Source: a virus. Taken from it: a stretch of DNA of 64,000 nucleotides. The stretch spans positions 1 to 64,000 of the IMG/VR virus record IMGVR_UViG_3300050035_000086; one strand, 5' to 3'. Positions 8,285 to 17,673 of this stretch are shown here, piece after piece. Both the position numbers and the translations under genes were made by a program. The notes beneath the pieces are model-generated. The model was not told where the DNA came from, made no database searches, and was given only the letters and a program-made list of their open reading frames with translations. How positions within the stretch are numbered: position 1 is the stretch's first letter; the number at the start of each line of letters is the position of its first letter.

Positions 8285-8653
8285 ATGAAACTATTTGTCC
8301 AGATAATGGACGACAATGGCGAGGTCCTAGACGAATACTCATGTGACCCGTGTCAACCAAGTCGATGGAATGCTCCGACCGAGCAGAAATTTATCGGGAA
8401 GATGCCACAACAGTCATCCGACGTTGTAAATAACGGCACGTATGAGTTGTTCGGAATCACTTTCCAACCCCACCTCCGAGTGGATCGTCCGAATGGTTGG
8501 TCAACTCCCCCTCCCGACAGTTCCCCTGTCGTACTCCCCGGCTACAAGCCGTCTCCTAAACCATCCTTCCCGTGGAGCAAGTCTGCTCCGACCCCTTCTC
8601 CAAAACAAAATCCCGCAACGGGTTTCCCGCCTGCGGTAATACCAAGAGGATAA
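8285..8653 (+). CDS. Hypothetical protein, Pro-rich C-terminus
   Basis: ATG 8285 immediately after terL stop. Confidence 0.6.
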   Translation: MKLFVQIMDDNGEVLDEYSCDPCQPSRWNAPTEQKFIGKMPQQSSDVVNNGTYELFGITFQPHLRVDRPNGWSTPPPDSSPVVLPGYKPSPKPSFPWSKSAPTPSPKQNPATGFPPAVIPRG

Positions 8654-8654
8654 T

Positions 8655-8951
8655 ATGACCACAGGAACCCTTATTTCGCTCGGCGGGAATCTCGAATCTC
8701 CGCGCAACTCAAAACCATCTGATTACCCCGCTGTCGGCCCTTCCGGCCCCGAGGGCGAAGCCAAGGGAGCAGGACAACTCGTTTCCCTCACCACAGAACA
8801 AGAAGGTCCGCAGCACGCCCAAGACGAGGGGGAGCATACCCCCGCAAAGTGGGGCAAGGCTGACTGGAAAGTAGGAACGGCCAGCGAAGGAAGCACATCG
8901 ATTTCCATTCCTTACTCTGTAGATTTTGAAACTGGCGAACACACCTGCTAA
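8655..8951 (+). CDS. Hypothetical protein
   Basis: RBS GAGGA, contiguous in operon. Confidence 0.6.
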   Translation: MTTGTLISLGGNLESPRNSKPSDYPAVGPSGPEGEAKGAGQLVSLTTEQEGPQHAQDEGEHTPAKWGKADWKVGTASEGSTSISIPYSVDFETGEHTC

Positions 8952-8979
8952 TAACTGTCCATTATCTGGATGAGGTCCG

Positions 8980-11900
8980 ATGAATAAACTTTTTTTGCTG
9001 CTTCTTATTCCGATTCTTGCTTTTGGTCAAGCCACCACGGGGTACCACCGGGTCAATCAGCTTATATCTCGCGGAACTTCTGGAGTTACTGCTCAAATTG
9101 TTCCCAATGGGTCTATCTACGTAACCAACACGGTTACGGGAGCGACCGCAACTATTTATTCGGACCCCGGTTTGTCCATCCAGATCACTTCGGGGTTGGT
9201 TACCTCCGACAAAAATGGCAACTACGACTACTATATCCCACTGAGTTACTGTGTCAATGAGGCCGTTTCCTCTCCGGGACAAGGAAGTTATACCACAAAG
9301 AATATCTGCATAAACTCTGCGGGGGGTATCATTTCCGCCGGAACCGCAGGCCAGATTCCATATTACGCCGCAAATGGAACTACCGTGTCTCCGACTAGTT
9401 CTCTTCCAAATGGAATCACCGCTGCAACCCAAACCACGGGCGACAACACCACCAAAGTGGCTACGGATGCTTTTGTTCTTGCCAACGCTCCAACCGTAAA
9501 TTTCGCGGCTCCTCCTGTTCTAGGCAGCGCAACTCCGAACGTAGTCAATGGCACGAACGGAAACTTCTCAGGCACCGTCGCGGCTGGCACTTCGATGTCT
9601 GCGCCAGTAACTAATGGCGTGCAGACGGTTCCAGCGATTAGCGGGGATGCTACCACAGCCATCAATTCAGCGCTCTCGTCTGCCGGACCGGGAGGAACTG
9701 TGCAATTAACTCCCGGGTCTGTCTATACGACCCTCGGAACGATTAACGTCACACAGCAGGGTCTGACATTAAACTTTAATGGTGCCTGCATCAAACCTAC
9801 GGGAACCGGAGATAGTCTGCTGGTGAACGTGACGACTGGAATGATTGCTAACGTGGTGCTCAACTCACCATGCTTTATTGCAGGGGGGGCATCCACAGGC
9901 GCGTCGATCCATGATACGTCCAGCGTGTTTGGTACGAAAGTCAATAACCCTTCGTGGAAACAGCTTTCTGGAAACTCGCCGTCGAACGGATATTATTGGC
10001 ATTATCTGATTCAAGTGAATGGAGACGAACAGTTTACTATCGATGGGGCACAAGTTAACGGGACGTTTCTCGAATGCGATGTGACATTCTGCGGAGACGT
10101 GCTCTATAACACGCCCGGCCTGGGAACTGGCTCTGCCGCTGTAGTTTATTTGAACAATTCGAGCTTCAATCTGGAGAATGACGGCAACGGTGTGGACTGG
10201 GGAGGCTACGGAAATGATCTGCATTTGAGCAGTGTGGTGATCGAGAACACTTCGCAGTTCATGATTCGTTCTACTCCGACCGGTGCCGGTACAGGTGATG
10301 TAATTTGCGACAAGTGCCACTTGGAGGATACTGGGAGCAGCACAAATCCCGCCTTAAACGGCATCCACGCAGTTGCATTAGTCATTATGAACGGCGGGAC
10401 TTTTCATAATCACGGCGGAAGGCTTGAAGGTGCAGACATGACCTTCCACGCTACGGGCACCACGGGATCAACTGCCTGGAGTTATTTCTTTATTGCCAAA
10501 AGTGCGACTTACGGAGACACGGCTCCAATACCCTGGGGCCACGTTTCTAACGGGACAGCGGACTGGGTTGGGTCGAGTGTGGCCCTCACCTTCCCGTGCT
10601 TTACTCCGACGGGCAGCGACACAATTACGTACTCGATTTTGCGGACCACGGGGACAACTCCCTACCCGAATGATAATGTCTCGGATGTGGTGGCGATGGG
10701 ACAGACTTGCACGGGGACTTACTGGACATATACAGACACAGTTCTCACCTCGGCTCTGACGACTTATACTTTCACGGTCAACAGGTATAGCTTCTTTCCT
10801 AACAAAGTTCAGTACTTCTGGGGCAGTATTTTTCTCGGTGGCGCTGCCGCGAATGACAATACCCAAGAAGGGTCCTACACCGGAGACTGTCAGTTTGGTA
10901 ACAACGTTATTACGGCTCGAAATTACTCGCTGGTCAACTTTCCGCAAGTGTGGTGCGACAGTCCGTCCTATACCTATAATCCAAACGGAAGTCCTGTGAA
11001 TGTGGTTCAGGCGGTCCATTATACCCCGTATTACCAATCTGCTTTCATGCTTCAGAATAAATTCGGTGTGTACACTGGTGGAGGACAGAAGGGCGTTCTG
11101 AATCTCGGCTACTCTAACGCCCCGATGGACATTCTCACACTGTCAGACAGCAGTCCCTATAAGACGCTTTCCACATCGGATAATAGACCTGGGCACGATG
11201 CGGCAGACTCTGCTTTGGGGTCTGACAGTTCGACTGGAGACTTGGCACTGCGCAGCGGCAGTTCAATCGATTTGTATGTAAATAATTATTTCGATGGCTC
11301 GAATTGGCAGGAAAAGCTCACCGGCAATACAAAGATACTGAAATCCTCCTACGTGAATTGGACTGGGTTACTGGGCCTCCCAGCAGGAACGGCAAAATAC
11401 GGACTTCAGATAGATACAAACGGGGCCATTTCCCCCACAGGAACCAATAGCATCCCGACAGCGCAGGACCTTACAACGACGTATCTTTGCATCGGAAATA
11501 GTGGAACGTGGCGTCCCTACACATGCACAACGAGTCCGAATTTCACACAAACAAGCTGGGATTTATTTCTCTTTGTTCCCGACGTGACAAACACGAATGC
11601 GGGGGGTCTATCTCCTGAGTTAAACATCAACGGAGGTGGGAACGTGTATATCTACCAGCAGACTGCTGCCGGTCCTGCAACGCAAGTTCCAGCGGGAACT
11701 TTGCAGGCAGGGGTTCCGTATTGGATCGCTCATTCACCGGCATTCCAATATCTTTTGGTTGGACCTGCCGTACAACCGATCACGCTTACCGCTACAGGAA
11801 CGAGCGGGGCGGCAACCTATTCAAACGGCGCGCTAAACATTCCACAGTATGCGGGCGGATCGGCCAGTACGGTCCCCGGTGACCTGATTTGCGCTCATAT

Positions 11901-12885
11901 GGGAGACACCACCATTGACAACCTATCTATCACAGGCGGTAGCTGCGCAGGCGGTTCTTGCACCATCAATGTGAATACGGGAAACCAGCGCATCTACCAG
12001 GTGCCAGGCCAACTGTTCGGCATCGTCGGCAGCAGCACGACGGGTTTGAATGGCGGTCCATACACGCTGACATCCTCAACCGGGCTGCTCATGACGTTCC
12101 CTCAGACGGCGTCTTCCGGCACAGTGTCCAGTGGGGGCGATGTGTTTCTGTGGTGCGAAAATCAAGCAGCCGATGCCACTACCGCGACCGCCTTTTCTAA
12201 TAACACCATTCCTGTGCCAGCTAACACGATGGTCGCGGGAACTCCTTTGAATCATAGGGCGCAACTATCCTTTGTGAGCAGCTCTACGCCGCCCGGTTTG
12301 ACTCCCACTCAGGTTTTTATAGGGTCAACTCCGGTACTGGCCACAGCGGGTCCTTCGGCTATTGACGGCAGCATGGCCTTCCGTATGGGAGAGATTGGGT
12401 TCGATCTGGTTCCGCTCACCGTAGGCAGCAGCGGCTTGATAACAGCTTCATGGCTTGGGATTCCGTCGCTGCCCATGAGTTACCAGTCAACCGCCTACTG
12501 GTACAACATCAACACGCCAAACCCCACGATGATCAACACAACCAATTCAAACGTGGTATCGCTATCGACGGCCTATACCGCGACGGGTTTGGGGTCCATC
12601 ACGGCCAGCAGCGGATGCACGGTGACCGGCTCGATCGGCCAGACGGTGTTGCTGACCTCTTTCAACAACGGCAACACGACGGCTACGGCGACCGGCACGC
12701 TGATCGCAGCCAATACGATTTCCGGGGCTACATGGGTGGTGACGAACACCGGCCAGGCAGCCACGGCTGCGGCGACTTCCGCAACATGCGGTAACGGTAC
12801 GGCCACGGCCAGCGGGACAGCCACTTTGACCACCACGCTGGGCGGCGCGCAAGGCAATGCGGTCATGCTGGTGAGTTTGCAATAA
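8980..12885 (+). CDS. Tailspike/tail fibre-like protein with signal-peptide-like N-terminus (1301 aa)
   Basis: MNKLFLLLLIPILAFGQ; fibre motif TTGDNTTKVATDAFV; beta-helix entry motif DATTAINSALS...GGTVQLTPG. Confidence 0.7.
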   Translation: MNKLFLLLLIPILAFGQATTGYHRVNQLISRGTSGVTAQIVPNGSIYVTNTVTGATATIYSDPGLSIQITSGLVTSDKNGNYDYYIPLSYCVNEAVSSPGQGSYTTKNICINSAGGIISAGTAGQIPYYAANGTTVSPTSSLPNGITAATQTTGDNTTKVATDAFVLANAPTVNFAAPPVLGSATPNVVNGTNGNFSGTVAAGTSMSAPVTNGVQTVPAISGDATTAINSALSSAGPGGTVQLTPGSVYTTLGTINVTQQGLTLNFNGACIKPTGTGDSLLVNVTTGMIANVVLNSPCFIAGGASTGASIHDTSSVFGTKVNNPSWKQLSGNSPSNGYYWHYLIQVNGDEQFTIDGAQVNGTFLECDVTFCGDVLYNTPGLGTGSAAVVYLNNSSFNLENDGNGVDWGGYGNDLHLSSVVIENTSQFMIRSTPTGAGTGDVICDKCHLEDTGSSTNPALNGIHAVALVIMNGGTFHNHGGRLEGADMTFHATGTTGSTAWSYFFIAKSATYGDTAPIPWGHVSNGTADWVGSSVALTFPCFTPTGSDTITYSILRTTGTTPYPNDNVSDVVAMGQTCTGTYWTYTDTVLTSALTTYTFTVNRYSFFPNKVQYFWGSIFLGGAAANDNTQEGSYTGDCQFGNNVITARNYSLVNFPQVWCDSPSYTYNPNGSPVNVVQAVHYTPYYQSAFMLQNKFGVYTGGGQKGVLNLGYSNAPMDILTLSDSSPYKTLSTSDNRPGHDAADSALGSDSSTGDLALRSGSSIDLYVNNYFDGSNWQEKLTGNTKILKSSYVNWTGLLGLPAGTAKYGLQIDTNGAISPTGTNSIPTAQDLTTTYLCIGNSGTWRPYTCTTSPNFTQTSWDLFLFVPDVTNTNAGGLSPELNINGGGNVYIYQQTAAGPATQVPAGTLQAGVPYWIAHSPAFQYLLVGPAVQPITLTATGTSGAATYSNGALNIPQYAGGSASTVPGDLICAHMGDTTIDNLSITGGSCAGGSCTINVNTGNQRIYQVPGQLFGIVGSSTTGLNGGPYTLTSSTGLLMTFPQTASSGTVSSGGDVFLWCENQAADATTATAFSNNTIPVPANTMVAGTPLNHRAQLSFVSSSTPPGLTPTQVFIGSTPVLATAGPSAIDGSMAFRMGEIGFDLVPLTVGSSGLITASWLGIPSLPMSYQSTAYWYNINTPNPTMINTTNSNVVSLSTAYTATGLGSITASSGCTVTGSIGQTVLLTSFNNGNTTATATGTLIAANTISGATWVVTNTGQAATAAATSATCGNGTATASGTATLTTTLGGAQGNAVMLVSLQ

Positions 12886-13266
12886 GGGAAGAACTAGTAC
12901 GGCCTTCTCCCGATCCGTTCTTCCCGCCGCAAGGATTCTGGAAATTTCGGCCTCGGACATTGTATTCTGTACCAGAAGTCGTGGTTGTTTGGGTCGTCCA
13001 AGTTTGATTCGAACGTGGGAGAATTCTCCGTATCGTTCGAGAGCAACTGACGTATTGGCTTGGTGGGAGTAGGACAATCCCGCCTTGCACATATTCGTAA
13101 GAATCTCGTTTGCTTTCCGGGCGGTCGGATGAAATCCTATCTCCGGAAATAGACGCCGAATTGCAGATACGTGGTTATATACAGTTGTGCTGCTCAATCC
13201 CCGCTGTCCGTACAAATAACGAGAGAAGTTTTTCAAGATTGTTTCTGGTTTCAGTTTTCGGGCCAT
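12886..13266 (-). pseudogene. Truncated tyrosine recombinase (XerC/D-like N-terminal domain only)
   Basis: ATG 13266 with AGGAGG RBS; FSRYLYGQRGLSSTTVYNH...MSEAEISRILAA...REKAVLVL, then similarity stops before the catalytic R at the tailspike stop codon. Confidence 0.7.
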
Positions 13267-13284
13267 AGCCCCTCCTTTAAAACC

Positions 13285-13313
13285 ATAATAGCACAAGTCC
13301 ATTATCTGGACAA
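13285..13313 (-). promoter_or_regulatory. Sigma70-like promoter of recombinase remnant overlapped by the 15-bp motif
   Basis: TTGTCC-17 bp-TATTAT with TG extension; motif 13297-13311 covers -35 and spacer. Confidence 0.5.
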
Positions 13314-13326
13314 ACTAAGGACCTAA

Positions 13327-15405
13327 ATGTCAGTTCTCCCTGAACCCGTAATTGATGTTCATCAAGATTTAACTCCAGATGAAGCGCGCGTATTCCTCAA
13401 TACGGGGACATGGGGCGATGACGGAGCTCGAAAACTTGCGGTACAAGATGCCGAAAGAGCCGAGTCTGACGCGCAGAGAAAAAGCTGGATAATGGCCTGG
13501 GTTTCTTCTAGGGACTTGTACGCCAGTATCTACGCCCCTAATTTTTGGCCTGGGACTTCAATCGAGGCATCTTCTGTAAATTTCTTCACCGTAGCGACAG
13601 CTGTAAATGGCATTAACCCCCAACTTCTCGCTGGTTTATTCTACGAGAATCCTCCCTTTATGGTTCAGGAAAGACCCGGAACTTCGGCACAGTGCGCCCG
13701 GGCAGTTTCTGCTCTGCTAGGATATCAACTCGAAGATATCAACTTCCGAGAAGAACTCCGTCTTGGTTTGATGAACTGTCTGCTATTTGGTACAGCCATC
13801 TTCCAGGAGGGGTGGGAAAAATATACCAAGACCCGGAAGATTGTTAAGCGAAAGAACCCGGTTATTAAGATTCCGAGCACGATTCCCGGAGCACCAGAAA
13901 CCTCAATTTCAGACGACGAGTTAGAAGTAGAAGAGATCGAAGAAGTAATCGACAGACCTACTTTTGAGCACATAGTCAATCTTCGGGAAATTCTGGTAGA
14001 CCCAGGTTTGGAAGTTCCGGAGATTCGCAAAGCTAAGTATGTTGTTCGTCGTCGCTACATGACGTGGGACGACATCGATAAGTTGCGCGACCGTGAGGGG
14101 TATGACATTCCGTCCCGCGAGAAAATGCTTGAGTTGTTTCTTCCCCCGAAGGAGCCGGTTGAATCTAATCCTCAACAGGAAGGCGGACGTAATCCTTTGT
14201 GGGACGCGCGCGCGGAATCTCCGTGGGAAGCAACTACAATCGATCCTTTCCAGCAACCTCTGGAAGTCCTCGAACGTTGGGACAACAAAACCCTAATCGT
14301 AGTGATCCAGAAAAAGGTAGTCATCTACAACGGACAGAATGCCTACGGTAAAATCCCGTTCCTGAGCATTGGATGGTGGGATCAGCCTGGAGCTTTCTGG
14401 TCCATCGGATTAGGCCGGTTGATTGGCACCGAGCAACGTGTCCAAGCTGGTATCACGAACCTGATGATGAATATTGCGAACCTGAAGCTGAATGCTCCTA
14501 TGGTTCGCGTAAAAGGAAAGTCGGTCCCGACACAAAGCATCCGAATCGGTCCTAACAAAATGATCGAAGTAGATGCCCAAGGCGATCTACAACCTCTGAA
14601 ATTCGGAGACCCGGTACAAGAAGCCAATCAGCTCTTTGCCATGTCTCAGCAGAGGGTAGATTCGGTGTCGGGGGCCAACCCTATTACGTCTCAGGGAAAC
14701 GCGGGGTCGGCTGGACACTCTAATCTCGCGCGGTCATCTGCCGGGGCCTCTCTTCTCGGACAAGGTGCGTCAAATATCATCTCCGATTGTATTGATAAAC
14801 TGGCTAATCAGGTTTTGGTGCCGTATTTGTATGACATGCAAGAGATGAACTCAATGATGCTGCCGTACAGCCAACTCGATTGGATCATGTCAGAAGAACT
14901 GAAGCATGATTATATAACAGAAGGGGGGGATCTTGTTGAGATACTGAACGCCAAGGTGAAGTTTACAGTATTAGCGGGAGCAAAAATGCAAACACGCCGA
15001 AACATGGCCCAAGGTTTGCCCATGCTTACTCAATTTCTAGCTAATCCTTCCGTTATTGAACAACTTGCCCTAGAGAACAAGAAGGTTGACGTGAACGAGA
15101 TTTGCCGGATGTGGTTTGAGGCTAGTGAATTCAAAAATCAGAACGATGTGATTATTGACATGACTCCTGAAGACCAACAGCGTCAGCAGCAGAAAAGCCA
15201 AAATGGGGCCGCTCAACAGAAGTTCCAGCAGCAGCAAGCTCTTCTTCAGCAGAAGGCTGCGGCAGCGGAGCAACTTGCTGATTCTGAAAATGTCGCGCGC
15301 GCCGCCCGGGACGTACTTCGGGAGGGCTTTAAAAAGTCCGTAGAACCGGAAATGCTTACGGGACAACCTCAAACTAGCGGATCAGGATTTGGTGGAAACC
15401 TCTAG
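13327..15405 (+). CDS. Portal protein
   Basis: 692 aa, position between terminase and scaffold/capsid, typical segments (LLFGTAIF, YGKIPF, FWSIGLG), Q-rich C-terminal helix as in podoviral portals. Confidence 0.8.
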   Translation: MSVLPEPVIDVHQDLTPDEARVFLNTGTWGDDGARKLAVQDAERAESDAQRKSWIMAWVSSRDLYASIYAPNFWPGTSIEASSVNFFTVATAVNGINPQLLAGLFYENPPFMVQERPGTSAQCARAVSALLGYQLEDINFREELRLGLMNCLLFGTAIFQEGWEKYTKTRKIVKRKNPVIKIPSTIPGAPETSISDDELEVEEIEEVIDRPTFEHIVNLREILVDPGLEVPEIRKAKYVVRRRYMTWDDIDKLRDREGYDIPSREKMLELFLPPKEPVESNPQQEGGRNPLWDARAESPWEATTIDPFQQPLEVLERWDNKTLIVVIQKKVVIYNGQNAYGKIPFLSIGWWDQPGAFWSIGLGRLIGTEQRVQAGITNLMMNIANLKLNAPMVRVKGKSVPTQSIRIGPNKMIEVDAQGDLQPLKFGDPVQEANQLFAMSQQRVDSVSGANPITSQGNAGSAGHSNLARSSAGASLLGQGASNIISDCIDKLANQVLVPYLYDMQEMNSMMLPYSQLDWIMSEELKHDYITEGGDLVEILNAKVKFTVLAGAKMQTRRNMAQGLPMLTQFLANPSVIEQLALENKKVDVNEICRMWFEASEFKNQNDVIIDMTPEDQQRQQQKSQNGAAQQKFQQQQALLQQKAAAAEQLADSENVARAARDVLREGFKKSVEPEMLTGQPQTSGSGFGGNL

Positions 15406-15412
15406 AAAACAG

Positions 15413-15441
15413 TTGACATTTCGTAAATGATGTGGTAAACT
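15413..15441 (+). promoter_or_regulatory. Sigma70-type promoter
   Basis: TTGACA-17 bp-TAAACT with TG extension; motif variant 15475 just downstream. Confidence 0.7.
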
Positions 15442-15522
15442 GTACTTGTTGTAAAAACCCACCAAAATTAAACCGTCCAGATAGTGGACTGCTCGCGTTC
15501 TGCGGATTGCAGAAGGAGAACT

Positions 15523-15732
15523 GTGACCCAGCCAAACTTCCGTACAAATTTCAACGCTATCCCGGCCACCGACTACGACCGAATGTCGAATGCTGAGATT
15601 CAGAACCTAATCAACCAAGCCCACCAAATCAAAACAGGCCGAATGGGTAGAGTATCAGCCGCGCCCCCTCCTCCGCCAAAAGGCTACGTAGACCTCGACG
15701 GACTCATTAAGAGGTACGGAGGAAATCAATGA
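15523..15732 (+). CDS. Hypothetical protein
   Basis: GTG 15523 with AAGGAG RBS. Confidence 0.55.
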   Translation: MTQPNFRTNFNAIPATDYDRMSNAEIQNLINQAHQIKTGRMGRVSAAPPPPPKGYVDLDGLIKRYGGNQ

Positions 15733-16070
15733 CCGATATTGCTTATCCTGACGAACTAGAAAGCAAGATCGACGTATACGAGCGAGGGCGCGTTTTAAGA
15801 ACAGTTCCAGACCAAGCGTGGGACATTATCTTTGATACTGTCCACAGCTACGTAGATAGTATCGACCAACAACACCGGAATTTACCGCCGGGAGATTCTT
15901 CAGTTGTAGCCTCCCACGCGGGCCTCTCGGTCATGAGTCAATTCGAACAGTTCTTCAAGGAAGATCTCGAAAACGCGATGGATTTCGCCGCGCACCCAGA
16001 CGAAGAGTTTACAAAATATCTGAGCGGCTTCCGAGATAGACTTGATGTTTTGAAACAACAGGAGGCGTGA
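15729..16070 (+). CDS. Hypothetical head-region protein
   Basis: RBS GGAGG, overlapping start/stop. Confidence 0.65.
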   Translation: MTDIAYPDELESKIDVYERGRVLRTVPDQAWDIIFDTVHSYVDSIDQQHRNLPPGDSSVVASHAGLSVMSQFEQFFKEDLENAMDFAAHPDEEFTKYLSGFRDRLDVLKQQEA

Positions 16071-16399
16071 TGGGAAATTCCGAGATACGAATATTCCATA
16101 CAAACCTCGAAAACAATGGCACATACCGGGATGTCGTTCTCCTCTCCGATCATCTAGATGAGTTGATAGAGGTTGAGAAATCTCATAAATCGGATTGGAG
16201 TCGGTTAAACAGAGCTTTCAAAATCGCCAGCGACAAAACAATTGACCAAGATATTCGTATTGGCCAGTTGGAAAAAGCGCTAGAATCTTCGCAAACACAG
16301 ATCATGTCTACGCAAGAATTTAGTTTGTACGAGATAAAAAAGCGGGACGAGATAATCAAACAACTACAAAATAGACTTGATGCTTCGTCGTCCAGATAA
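16067..16399 (+). CDS. Hypothetical coiled-coil protein
   Basis: RBS AGGAGG; stop TAA lies inside the motif at 16390. Confidence 0.55.
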   Translation: MMGNSEIRIFHTNLENNGTYRDVVLLSDHLDELIEVEKSHKSDWSRLNRAFKIASDKTIDQDIRIGQLEKALESSQTQIMSTQEFSLYEIKKRDEIIKQLQNRLDASSSR

Positions 16400-16474
16400 T
16401 GGACAATCTGCAAGATAAACTACCCCATTTTTCCTTAACCACCTACCCGTTGATATTGGATTATATCAAGAGGA

Positions 16475-17647
16475 ATGAACAACATGAGTAAGCCCGTAAA
16501 TGACCCCTGGCTCCTGAACTCCGACGGAAGCCCCGACCCATTCGCAAACAACGTAGATTGGAATATGCCCGATCTTCCCAACCTCGACGAGGACATCAAC
16601 GACCAAGATCCAGTTCTTGCCCCTCAAGACCCAGACCCCGAAGTAGTTGAAACTCCGGTCGTCGAAGTCCCACCACCGCCTCCCGAGGAGCCAGAAGAAC
16701 CCGAAACAATGGATCTCGAAGATGGTACTCAACTAGTCTTGAGTAAAGACAAAGGCGTGTGGGTTGGATCGGTCGTAGGTCGAGCGGGAAGCGCCCAAGT
16801 CTACAAAGGGGCCACCAAGAATAAACTGATCTTGGAAGTCCTGAAGGCTCAGGCAAATGCTACCAAGAAGATTCGGGAGCAGAACGCTAAGATCAAGTTT
16901 GGTGCTATTCCCACCAAGCCGGTAGCACAAACACAGACCCCTCAGCCGTCTCCTGTCCGGCAACTCACAGCAGACGAGATTTTTGAATATCGAACTTTAT
17001 GGGAGTCGGACCCAGTAGCCGCTAATGACTTCTTGCTCCAAAAGACTCGCGGGGTGACGATGGACCAAGTCCTGAATCTTGCCCAGCAGGGAGCACAAAA
17101 AGGATCGTACGCAGCCAATCAGCTTACCGCCGAGCAGGCAAATAAAACCTTCTTGGCGAACAATCCGGACTACTTCCCGGATAACAATTTTGTGAACTTC
17201 AACCTGCTACTTCAGTGGCTGGCAAAGTTCAAACTCGGCGAATCAATCCGAAAGGGAGAAGAAGAAGCTGTATTCAATAAGCTGCTCTCCACCGGAAACT
17301 ACACAGCCGAAAATCTTGAGGAAGCCTTCCAAGACCTGAACAATGATGGTTTGATGATTCAGGCACCAAGGCAACCCAAAACACCTTCACCGGAAACGGT
17401 GGAAACCCCTCCGCCGGTAGCGGTTCAACACGAACCGGCACCTGCGCCGCGTCCCGACTCACGGATTGTAAGTCAGGTTACGCGCCCGAGAGCGGCACTA
17501 GGAATTGGTAGGAATGACGTAACACCCGTCAAACCTCCGGAGTCTCCGAACGCGCCCTCAGCCGAGGATTTTGAGAACATGACAGACGAAGAGGTGGCGA
17601 ATACTCTCAATGCCATTCGTCGGGCACGTGCTCAAAGTCGGCGCTAA
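16475..17647 (+). CDS. Putative capsid scaffolding protein
   Basis: Acidic/Pro-rich termini, helical core, immediately upstream of the capsid gene. Confidence 0.6.
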   Translation: MNNMSKPVNDPWLLNSDGSPDPFANNVDWNMPDLPNLDEDINDQDPVLAPQDPDPEVVETPVVEVPPPPPEEPEEPETMDLEDGTQLVLSKDKGVWVGSVVGRAGSAQVYKGATKNKLILEVLKAQANATKKIREQNAKIKFGAIPTKPVAQTQTPQPSPVRQLTADEIFEYRTLWESDPVAANDFLLQKTRGVTMDQVLNLAQQGAQKGSYAANQLTAEQANKTFLANNPDYFPDNNFVNFNLLLQWLAKFKLGESIRKGEEEAVFNKLLSTGNYTAENLEEAFQDLNNDGLMIQAPRQPKTPSPETVETPPPVAVQHEPAPAPRPDSRIVSQVTRPRAALGIGRNDVTPVKPPESPNAPSAEDFENMTDEEVANTLNAIRRARAQSRR

Positions 17648-17673
17648 AAACTAACACAAAGGAGTATCTCTAA

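Noticed and set aside
12562-12885. C-terminal half of the 246-aa - strand ORF as real recombinase sequence
   Set aside because: It is antisense read-through of the tailspike 3' end with no R-H-R-Y catalytic residues; a functional integrase cannot be claimed.
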